Shown here: positions 57,201-64,000 of the stretch, one piece after another
Layout of the letters: every line of letters begins with the position of its first letter
How positions within the stretch are numbered: the first letter of the stretch is position 1
Program-made: the position numbers and the translations under genes
Source of the DNA: Bacillales bacterium
Lineage (GTDB): Bacteria > Bacillota_I > Bacilli_A > RF39 > UBA660
Reading direction: 5' to 3'
Length of the DNA: 64,000 nt
Assembly (NCBI GenBank): GCA_016282375.1
Contig: JAEEKI010000016.1
Location: forward strand, 39,219-103,218
Notes under the pieces: model-generated
Told to the model about the DNA's origin: nothing
The model's input: only the letters and a program-made list of their open reading frames with translations
Database searches by the model: none

Positions 57201-57286
57201 CCAGCACCCGCGGATACTATAATATTGCTTCCTGTTGTTTCAATCGCTGATAATTGTTCTTTCGTCCAACTAGGCATCTTCACCAC
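54203..57286 (-). CDS. addA: ATP-dependent helicase/nuclease subunit A (AddA/RexA), compact
   Basis: UvrD-type motifs VSAGAGSGKT and DEYQDTN, and a C-terminal RecB-like nuclease (GFIDLLLIEKD...IVDYK). 1027 aa, shorter than B. subtilis AddA. Confidence 0.88.
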   Translation of the reverse strand: MVKMPSWTKEQLSAIETTGSNIIVSAGAGSGKTAVLSERVIHHLKKGIKINELLILTFTTAAAGEMQDRIRSKIADNPDLKDNLDLLESSYITTFDAYCLSLVKKYSYILNVSPSLSIVDDGFISIYKEKILDEIFDEYYLKKDDKFCQLIDDFCIKNDTEIKQDILSIIDSLSQKVNQDEYLDNYLNNYYNEEYRNDLISKYMNLIYEEMQNIETNICLISDSGFSDFADELSQKLGNLIRSKEYDDLKKNIDITLPRLPKDSEEIKSFKESIINSISKIKTYLRFNNLEDIYASFIISKNYVEVIIDIIKEFNQRLNKYKHDNDLYEFIDIELMAITLLKDNEEIQNELKNYYKEIMIDEYQDTNDIQEEFVSLIENNNVYMVGDIKQSIYGFRNANPIIFKNKYDKYAQNDGGVKIDLLKNFRSRSNVLNGINEVFNLIMDDDFGGANYIKDHQMVYGNHTYDTEAKQDYDLELLCYAKETLSNEETEAFIIADDILNKIKNNYQVMDKKTGELRTAKYSDFCIIMDRGSAFSTYKKIFEYKKLPLNVYEDRKLTNEVDILLLKNIYTLILKIKDGIYDTAFKYAFVAVSRSCLFELNDNDILKTINSHNYQETIVYQKGLNIVNKLDYMNAYDLLKQILKEFNFYENILKLQNIDDILIRVDNLLKVASNLSINGYDYLKFYDYLCTMIDSDYEIKYKESSADTDSIKLMNIHKSKGLEFPVCYFSGFYKEYNKRDIKEKFLFDNVYGLITPYFKEGIGSLITKDLLTDKYTINDVSEKIRLLYVALTRAKEKMIIIIPREEEEPKITVKGVVDNVLRKRYNSFLDIIKSINGNLERYVQVVDLSKIGLSKKYLTKNQQDLTITKDDKTINFKTINVQGEIIEQGHASKKINELISKEEKELLAYGTKVHEAFELVDFFDYPNDFPYQKELENLKKKLSLTEDTKIYKEYEFMDEEENIHGFIDLLLIEKDLVKIVDYKLKNIDDEAYQKQLKVYKKYLQKIMDKDIKCYLYSIMTGELKEVK

Positions 57287-59633
57287 CTCCTAAAAAAGAT
57301 AAATCCTCTATTTCATCATAAATAATATAATCATCTTCGGTTTTATTGCAAATATCTTTAAACTTACAATATTTACAACCAATATCTTTGCTATATCCTA
57401 TTTTCTTAGGATTAATATCAAATTTACCTTTTAAAATATGCTCGATTGCTTCATCAATCTTTGCTTCCACAATTTCAATTATTTTATCCATTTGTTTATT
57501 GTTCAAAACTTTAGCATAATAATAAAAATTACCATCATTCTTCGTTTTCATTCCACTTATTACTTGGCTATTAGCATAGGTTAAATCAAATTTTTCTAAT
57601 AAATCACTATCACTCAAAGAATAACCCATCAATTTAAGATTATTCTCTTTTTGTTCTAAATAACTCTTTTTAGGATCAATATTAATGTTCTTATCTAAAA
57701 TATATTCTAAATAAAAACCCACAAAAACAGGATTAGTAAATAAATTAGCTTTCTTAACTAAATATAAATAAATTGGTAATTGCATCCCAAATCCATATGG
57801 TAAATATTTTAAATCAACATCAACCGTTCCCGTTTTATAATCAATAATCGCTAATAAAGTTTGTTTCTCATACTCTTTATAAAGGATTTTGTCAACATAA
57901 CCCATAAAACTAATAGGAATATCTTTGGTTTTATCAATAACTATTTTTTGTTCAAATAAATTCTTATCTAGACCAATATTCTCTTTTTGTTTATTAAGCG
58001 TATCAATAACAAACTCTATATCCTTAATAATCTTTTGAATAAAGAATTCTTCCTTAACCGTTAATTCTTTATTATTTTCTTTGATATATTTAGTTATTTC
58101 TTCTTGAACATCTAATTTTTCACTAAAACATTTTGATAAAACATCATGAAAAATCGAACCAATAAAAGCTTCGAAATTTTGGGAATACTCCTCAAGTTTT
58201 AAGACATTATTTAAGTAATACCGAAAAGCACATTTATTATAAATATCAAAAGATGAATAAGACAAAGTTAATTTATTATTTAATACTTTTAATAATTCTT
58301 CTTGATTAATTCCCTTAAATTGATTATCAAAACAATGATAATTAATATCCAAAGAATTTTGATATATCCCTAAATTAGAATCAATTTCGCCATATTTATA
58401 GAATAAATCTAAGCATCTAGCATAATTAATCTTACTGTATAAAGTTGAATAACTATCTAAAATATCATCTTTTTCTTTAATAATATTTAAACCAAGTTCA
58501 CTAACTAATGAAGATGGATAACATTCCATACCATTAACCTTTTTAGAGTAACTAATCCGTAAATTTTTAATACTTTTAATTTTTTTAAGCGTATATTCTT
58601 TAATATTTTGATTAATTTCATTGGTACTTTTTAAATGAACTTCATTTTTAATACTATCCGTTATATATTTTTCATCTTTTACATAGGCTGGTATACTACC
58701 TATAGCAAAGTTTAAAAGAAAAACATAGTCATCTTGATCAAAAGGATAATTAGTATCGACAACTTCCAAAGCATTTTGGATTTCTTCTTCATTAACATTA
58801 GTCTTTTTTAGATCATCAATAATTAATGGTTTTACTTTTAAATAATCATCAATATAAGAATATTTATTACATATGGTTATTATTTTATTAACTAGTTTAG
58901 CATCATATTTCTTAATACTTTCAATACTCTTGGTTATATCGCTATCATAATTATCAAGAAAATCACTAGTTATTCTTAAACTATATAAACTTCTTTTATA
59001 TAATGATTTAAGAGGAATATTATAAAAATAACATAGTCTATCTAAAGTATCATAATAATCTTTAGGTACATTAACAAGTTTAATTTTTTTAATATCTATT
59101 CCCTGTTCAATTAATTTACATATCTCTTTTAAAACATAGTTTATTTCATCTTCAATATTATCAAAAAATAATAAATTATCATGATGATACTCGTCACTAA
59201 ACTCTTCATAAAATGTTTTATAATTATCAAAAACATTCTTTTCTAAATTATCTAGATAACTATATCCCAAAACATATATATTTTTATCCTTTAAATAATC
59301 TTTAAAAAAAGAATTATATAAAAGAAAATCATGTTCTTTTAAATCAATTTTTAAATCCACTAATCTTTGTAATCTTTCATCAAAATAAGTATTATTCTTA
59401 TCAATATAGTAAAGATTATTTAAGTACATCTTAGCTATATCAACTTTATAACCATATTTATTAATTAAATAAGATAATGTTTCATCTTTATACTTAAAAT
59501 AGTATTCTTCGAAAAAAGATTCTTTAGTATAAAATTTAACATTTAAAAAAAGTTTATTTTGACTAAACTTTTTTAATAAACTTTCCTTATAAGTATTTTC
59601 ACAGATTATAATTGAATTATCCTTTATGTTCAT
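57270..59633 (-). CDS. addB: ATP-dependent helicase/nuclease subunit B (AddB/RexB), compact, Fe-S type
   Basis: Lies upstream of addA with a 17-nt overlap. It has a C-terminal nuclease (IIDYKTG) and a Cys cluster (C...CKYCKFKDIC) like the AddB iron-staple. 787 aa. Confidence 0.8.
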   Translation of the reverse strand: MNIKDNSIIICENTYKESLLKKFSQNKLFLNVKFYTKESFFEEYYFKYKDETLSYLINKYGYKVDIAKMYLNNLYYIDKNNTYFDERLQRLVDLKIDLKEHDFLLYNSFFKDYLKDKNIYVLGYSYLDNLEKNVFDNYKTFYEEFSDEYHHDNLLFFDNIEDEINYVLKEICKLIEQGIDIKKIKLVNVPKDYYDTLDRLCYFYNIPLKSLYKRSLYSLRITSDFLDNYDSDITKSIESIKKYDAKLVNKIITICNKYSYIDDYLKVKPLIIDDLKKTNVNEEEIQNALEVVDTNYPFDQDDYVFLLNFAIGSIPAYVKDEKYITDSIKNEVHLKSTNEINQNIKEYTLKKIKSIKNLRISYSKKVNGMECYPSSLVSELGLNIIKEKDDILDSYSTLYSKINYARCLDLFYKYGEIDSNLGIYQNSLDINYHCFDNQFKGINQEELLKVLNNKLTLSYSSFDIYNKCAFRYYLNNVLKLEEYSQNFEAFIGSIFHDVLSKCFSEKLDVQEEITKYIKENNKELTVKEEFFIQKIIKDIEFVIDTLNKQKENIGLDKNLFEQKIVIDKTKDIPISFMGYVDKILYKEYEKQTLLAIIDYKTGTVDVDLKYLPYGFGMQLPIYLYLVKKANLFTNPVFVGFYLEYILDKNINIDPKKSYLEQKENNLKLMGYSLSDSDLLEKFDLTYANSQVISGMKTKNDGNFYYYAKVLNNKQMDKIIEIVEAKIDEAIEHILKGKFDINPKKIGYSKDIGCKYCKFKDICNKTEDDYIIYDEIEDLSFLGGGEDA

Positions 59634-59698
59634 AAATACTTCCTACTTATATTTTAACAAATTCACATATAATTTGCATTATTTTACAAAAAAAAGCT

Positions 59699-59740
59699 AA
59701 TTTTGCCTGTCGACAAAATTAGATTCAAGATATTAAGATG
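59699..59740 (-). repeat. conserved 42-nt 3' element with hairpin (copy B); here it also looks like an intrinsic terminator
   Basis: Minus strand reads CATCTTAATATCTTGAATCT + AATTTTGTC-GACA-GGCAAAATT, then AGC and T8. Confidence 0.8.
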
Positions 59741-59783
59741 TTCAGAAGAATGCGAGGACGACCAGGCACCAATCTCAGTCACC

Positions 59784-60917
59784 CTACCATCCACAATAGG
59801 CATGACCAGAGGCATCTACCCCACAGCCCGCGTACGCAGAGTAATCGGTACAGTCGACAAAACCGTGGATGCTCACTTCACAGCTGAGGTCGCCCACACT
59901 GCAGCTAGCGTTGTCGTCGCGAGCGCCGCAATTATCTATATCGACTGTTATTCCGGCATCGATAAAGGCTTGATATATTGCCTCTAAGGCACTTGCTTGT
60001 TGTTCTGATGTTAAATTACTATTTAATGTATGTCCACTTAATCCATATTGGGTATATGGTTGACTTAAACATATTTCATGTCCTGTTATTGTTGCACATG
60101 CATAGTACTTACTACTATCTTGGCCTATATATACATTATGTCCAGTGTCTGTTCCACTACTTTGTAATGTTCCTCCGTAATTTGGATGTGTATATATAGG
60201 TTCATATTGTTCGGTATTATCATTCCATTCTGATAATGCAAACCAATATCCTGTTGGACCTGGTACTGGTACTGTTCCGGCTGTACATGACACATTAGCT
60301 ACTTTAAACCTACCACTATATGTTTTGCCTGATAAAGCACTTTGATCTTGGCTTACATTATAAAATTTACTTGATAGGGTCCATACGGCAGTACTCATGG
60401 TATTTCCCGTTCCATCGATTTGCGCTCCACTTACAACTGTTGCTGCATAATTTGTATATGTTAAACTTGAAAGGTCTGTTTCACTACTTATACTGTTTGT
60501 TCCTTGTGATACATGCGCATTATTTGCAAGTGTTCCTTGAATCGTAAATTCATTTGATGTTACTCCACTTGTATGTGCTGTATACTTATCACTTGAAGTC
60601 CATTCATAAATGATGTCATATGTACACACCATACTATAATCTGTATTGGCCGTGAAATTTACCGTTAGTGTCGTGGAATTATTGGCTGCTACTGTTCCAT
60701 TACTGGCTTGAACCATGTTGGCTGCCGTTATATTTAGACTCATTCCACCACCTATAGTATCAAAGACCATGTTATTTCGTTCTGTTATCGTATTAGCATT
60801 TGCTACATTGGTTATATTCATATTACCTGTTGAAAAATAAGCATATGTGGCTCCGATTACTAAGGCTAATAGCGTTGTTATGGCTATGGTTATTAAAATG
60901 ATATTATTCTTTTTCAT
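59784..60917 (-). CDS. secreted protein with SipW/TasA-type signal peptide and Cys-rich variable C-terminal module (family member B)
   Basis: MKKNNIILITIAITTLLALVIGATYAYFSTGN. The start is set at ATG 60917 after AGAGGT, rather than the track's TTG at 60947. The N-terminal two thirds resemble member C; the last third and the 3' UTR resemble member A. Confidence 0.8.
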   Translation of the reverse strand: MKKNNIILITIAITTLLALVIGATYAYFSTGNMNITNVANANTITERNNMVFDTIGGGMSLNITAANMVQASNGTVAANNSTTLTVNFTANTDYSMVCTYDIIYEWTSSDKYTAHTSGVTSNEFTIQGTLANNAHVSQGTNSISSETDLSSLTYTNYAATVVSGAQIDGTGNTMSTAVWTLSSKFYNVSQDQSALSGKTYSGRFKVANVSCTAGTVPVPGPTGYWFALSEWNDNTEQYEPIYTHPNYGGTLQSSGTDTGHNVYIGQDSSKYYACATITGHEICLSQPYTQYGLSGHTLNSNLTSEQQASALEAIYQAFIDAGITVDIDNCGARDDNASCSVGDLSCEVSIHGFVDCTDYSAYAGCGVDASGHAYCGW

Positions 60918-61050
60918 ACGAATACCTCTACTATAAAAAGTATACAATATATATTTCTTTTTTTAAATATAAAATCTAATTTCACTATTTATCAAAATTG
61001 GATTGCAATATTAATGTAACTCTTGGTGTAATTAATAAGATAAAATGCAA

Positions 61051-62172
61051 TTAATCATTATAACCGCTGTAAACATCGCCTTCGGGGGTAATGGCAACAC
61101 TTATCAAACCATTATCAACACAACCAACCCAGCCTCCTGCTGTAACATAGCATTGTTGACTATGATTGTTAAAATAGCACTTAACAGTGTCAGCGCCATA
61201 TCCGCAATCATTGATAGTAAGATTCATTCCCTCATTAATTAATGCTTCATAAAGAGCATTCTTCGCACTTGTTTGTTGAACACTTGTAAAATAACTATTA
61301 ATTGTATGTCCACTTAGCCCATATTGGGTATATGGTTGCGATAAACATACCTCATGACCATTACCATCGCTTGCACAGGCATAATACTTACTACTATCTT
61401 GACCAACGTAGACATCATGTCCTGTTGCACTTCCTGTTGTTTGTTGAACCCCTCCTACTGTTGGAAATGTATAATATGTTTCTATTGTCGATGGGTACCA
61501 ATAACTTGTTGGTCCTGATGCAGTTACAGTACCAGCGGTACATGAGACATTTGCCACCTTAAACTTTCCTGCATATGTTTTTCCTGACAACGCACTTTGA
61601 TCACCATCAACATTGTAAAATTTACTTGTTAGAGTCCATACCGCCGTACTCATTGTATTGCCTGTTCCATCTATTTGAGCACCTGATACAACCGTTGTAC
61701 TGTTGCTTGTATATGTAAATGTTGATAAATCTTTTTCACCATTAATACTATTTGTTCCTTTACTAACATGGGCATTTGAAGCTAGTGTTCCTTGAATCGT
61801 AAATTCATTTGATGATACTCCTGTTGAATGAGCCATATATTTATCTGATGATGTCCATTCATATACAATATCATACGTACATACCATACTATATTCGGTA
61901 TTAGCCGTGAAATTTACCGTTAGTGTTGTATTATTCTCCGCGGCGACATTTCCACTTAGACTCTCAGCCATATTCGCAGCTGTAATATTTAGTATCATTC
62001 CACCACCTAAGGTATCAAATACCATGTTGTTTCGTTCTGTTACCGTATTAGCATTAACAACATTTGTTATATTTAAATTACCTGTTGCAAAATATGCATA
62101 TGTTGCTCCGATTACTAAGGCTAATAATATTACTATAATAATTGTTATTAAAACAGCATTATTCTTTTTCAT
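61051..62172 (-). CDS. secreted protein with SipW/TasA-type signal peptide (family member C, AT-rich C-terminal module)
   Basis: MKKNNAVLITIIIVILLALVIGATYAYFATGN. The start is set at ATG 62172. It lies in tandem with member B, and the two share a near-identical 5' UTR. Confidence 0.8.
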   Translation of the reverse strand: MKKNNAVLITIIIVILLALVIGATYAYFATGNLNITNVVNANTVTERNNMVFDTLGGGMILNITAANMAESLSGNVAAENNTTLTVNFTANTEYSMVCTYDIVYEWTSSDKYMAHSTGVSSNEFTIQGTLASNAHVSKGTNSINGEKDLSTFTYTSNSTTVVSGAQIDGTGNTMSTAVWTLTSKFYNVDGDQSALSGKTYAGKFKVANVSCTAGTVTASGPTSYWYPSTIETYYTFPTVGGVQQTTGSATGHDVYVGQDSSKYYACASDGNGHEVCLSQPYTQYGLSGHTINSYFTSVQQTSAKNALYEALINEGMNLTINDCGYGADTVKCYFNNHSQQCYVTAGGWVGCVDNGLISVAITPEGDVYSGYND

Positions 62173-62233
62173 ACGAACACCTCTACTATAAAAAGTATAC
62201 AATATAAATTTCTTTTTTTAAATAAAAAACCAA

Positions 62234-63223
62234 CTATTTAATAGTGGATTTTATCTCTTCATAATAATTATCTAAAATATGAAAAATTTCTTCTTTGGAT
62301 TTAGCCATACATATTTTATTTTTGATTAGTGCATTGTGAGGCATTCCTTTTAAATAATAAAGAAAATGGGTTCTTATTTCTAATACAGCCGATTTTTCAC
62401 CTTTTTCTTCACAAAGATTATTAAGATGTCTTTTCATCATAGCAATCTTTTCTTCGAAGGAAACTTGTGTTGGTTCAATACCCTTTTCTAAATAATCTAT
62501 GCATTCTTTAATAAGCCATGGATTACCTAAAAGGCCTCTTCCTATCATAACACCAGCACATCCGGTTTCCTCAAGCATTTTTTGGGCATCATAACAGCTA
62601 GTTACATCACCATTACCTATAACCGGAATACTAACACTTTCCACAACCTTTTTAATAAGGGACCAATCCGCATGACCAGCATAACCTTGAGAACGAGTTC
62701 TTGCATGAAGAGTTATGGCACTAGCCCCAGCCTTTTCAATAATTTTAGCTACTTCAACACAATTAATACTATTTTCATCCCAACCCGAACGAATTTTAAC
62801 TGTTACTGGTATTGGTACAGCCTCAACAACGGCTTTGATAATTTCATAAATCTTTTCGGGACTTTTTAAAAGAGCACTACCTGCCTGATTTTTAATAGCT
62901 ACTTTGGGAACAGGACAACCCATATTAATATCAATAATATCGGGATGCATTATTTCGTACACTCTTTTAGCAGCCTCGACAAAACTATCGATATCACTAC
63001 CAAATATTTGTTGTGATATTGGTCGTTCTTTTTCATCCATTTCCAAAAGTTTAAAAGTTTTGTGATCACCAAAAACAATGGCTTTATCAGAAACCATTTC
63101 CCCTACGACTAAACCAGCCCCAAATTCTTTACAAATAATGCGAAATGATTTATTAGATATACCTGCCATGGGAGCCACAATAATGGGACTCTTAATCTCT
63201 ATATTACCTATTTTAAAACTCAT
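62234..63223 (-). CDS. dusB: tRNA-dihydrouridine synthase
   Basis: VAPMAGISNKSFR, the DINMGCP motif and the FMN-binding TIM-barrel pattern; 329 aa. Confidence 0.92.
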   Translation of the reverse strand: MSFKIGNIEIKSPIIVAPMAGISNKSFRIICKEFGAGLVVGEMVSDKAIVFGDHKTFKLLEMDEKERPISQQIFGSDIDSFVEAAKRVYEIMHPDIIDINMGCPVPKVAIKNQAGSALLKSPEKIYEIIKAVVEAVPIPVTVKIRSGWDENSINCVEVAKIIEKAGASAITLHARTRSQGYAGHADWSLIKKVVESVSIPVIGNGDVTSCYDAQKMLEETGCAGVMIGRGLLGNPWLIKECIDYLEKGIEPTQVSFEEKIAMMKRHLNNLCEEKGEKSAVLEIRTHFLYYLKGMPHNALIKNKICMAKSKEEIFHILDNYYEEIKSTIK

Positions 63224-63258
63224 TAATAAACACCCCTATAAATGGTAAAAAGATGTTA

Positions 63259-63876
63259 CTAAAAATCAATAACATCCATATTTACAATTCTTTTGTCTTC
63301 GAAAGTTATTTTAATAATATCCATGTCTTTCTCCGATTCATTATAAATGACTTTCTCATTAAACTCAACAATTAAATTATCATCTAAATTATATCCTGTA
63401 TCACCGTGTCTGATTAAATAACCTAAAATAGTTCTTTTATGGGTAAAGATAGCTACTTTGTTATTTACATTTAAACCAACAATTTTACCAATTACTTTTT
63501 CAATTCTTGTGGCTACTTCTTCGAGAGATTCTCCATTAGTTAGTTTAATGTTGAAATCATGATTTTGCATAAACTTAACCATCTTAAGATTCTTATTGCC
63601 TAACTCGCCAATCTTACAATCATTTAAATTTTCATCAACCATGATATTTTTATTGACTCTTTCAGCAAGATATTTAGCAGTACCTAATGATGATGATGCT
63701 AATGAAGAATAAATAGCTGATACATCATTTAAATATTCATTAAGGGATAAAGCTTTAGCTAAATTCTCTCCTTCGATGGAAAGAGGTCTGGTTAGTTTTT
63801 TTAACTCAATATCCTTTAAATCATTGTAACTCAAGTTATTTTCATATAAATTATTACTAATTAAATATACTTCCAT
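63259..63876 (-). CDS. histidine-phosphatase-superfamily-like protein lacking the catalytic RHG motif
   Basis: The layout resembles phosphoglycerate-mutase-family proteins (LSIEGENLAKAL, IYSSLASSSLGTA, GESLEEV, IFTHKRTILGYL), but the N-terminal motif reads YLISNN where YLVRHG is expected. Confidence 0.5.
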   Translation of the reverse strand: MEVYLISNNLYENNLSYNDLKDIELKKLTRPLSIEGENLAKALSLNEYLNDVSAIYSSLASSSLGTAKYLAERVNKNIMVDENLNDCKIGELGNKNLKMVKFMQNHDFNIKLTNGESLEEVATRIEKVIGKIVGLNVNNKVAIFTHKRTILGYLIRHGDTGYNLDDNLIVEFNEKVIYNESEKDMDIIKITFEDKRIVNMDVIDF

Positions 63877-63878
63877 TT

Positions 63879-64000
63879 TTACTCCTTCAAATACTTAAAA
63901 GATAAAATAAAACCAATTACGGCTAAAACTAAACCAATGATTATTTGGGTTGTACTACATGCATATGAAAATAAAGAAATAATAATGTTAATCGCGGAAG
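63879..64000 (-). CDS. membrane protein, partial (only the 3' end is in the window)
   Basis: Only one frame is open to the window edge, encoding ...QIIIGLVLAVIGFILSFKYLKE*. Its stop lies 2 nt before the next gene's ATG. Confidence 0.45.
   Translation of the reverse strand, partial: SAINIIISLFSYACSTTQIIIGLVLAVIGFILSFKYLKE

Noticed and set aside
60918-60947. TTG-initiated N-terminal extension MYTFYSRG(I/V)R on family members B and C (also 62173-62202)
   Set aside because: The extension contains the AGAGGT Shine-Dalgarno sequence, placed 6 nt before the ATG of MKKNN. Member A lacks the extension. A SipW-type signal peptide normally starts with the short Lys-rich N-region. The conservation between B and C is that of a shared 5' UTR.
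1-64000. Searched the window for a reverse transcriptase, a template repeat, an integrase or transposase, or a CRISPR array that could explain the variable modules or the att repeats
   Set aside because: No ORF shows RT motifs (no YxDD core context), recombinase motifs or transposase motifs. No third GC-rich copy of the variable block was seen, and there is no regularly spaced repeat array. The machinery, if it exists, must lie outside this window.

Overview
AT-rich (about 30% G+C by eye) chromosomal segment from a spore-forming low-GC Bacillota. sigK, cotE, a gerA/gerK-type operon and YjcZ-like micro-ORFs are present; the exact taxon cannot be determined from the sequence alone. Most of the window is housekeeping: murC, mgtE plus a P-type ATPase, pheST behind a T-box leader, rlmD, rpsP-khpA, prsA, recX, nrnA, ackA, thiI plus a cysteine desulfurase, ezrA, tRNA-Arg and tRNA-Pro, pta, addAB and dusB. 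Two things stand out. (1) There is a three-member family of secreted proteins with SipW/TasA-type signal peptides (14976-16109, 59784-60917, 61051-62172). Two members, 45 kb apart, share a 3' module. In it, a GC-rich, adenine-poor coding block of about 130 nt differs only by amino-acid-changing substitutions, with no silent change in 34 codons. The block is followed by an invariant 28-nt stretch, a divergent GC-rich spacer, and a conserved 42-nt element with a 9-bp stem and 4-nt loop hairpin. This looks like focused hypervariation, either DGR-target-like or cassette conversion, but no reverse transcriptase or template repeat lies in the window. (2) The last ~36 nt of rlmD occur three times in direct orientation (30809-30844, 30238-30276, 28910-28945). 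They delimit two tiny cassettes with no integrase, at the head of a ~10-kb accessory stretch that carries an ORF6N protein, a GyrI-like protein, CzcD, membrane-tethered XRE regulators, an AAC(6')-I-like acetyltransferase, an AlkD-like protein and a DUF3795 protein. I saw no CRISPR array, transposase, integrase, reverse transcriptase or rRNA. Coordinates of small non-coding features were hand-derived and may be off by 1-2 nt.
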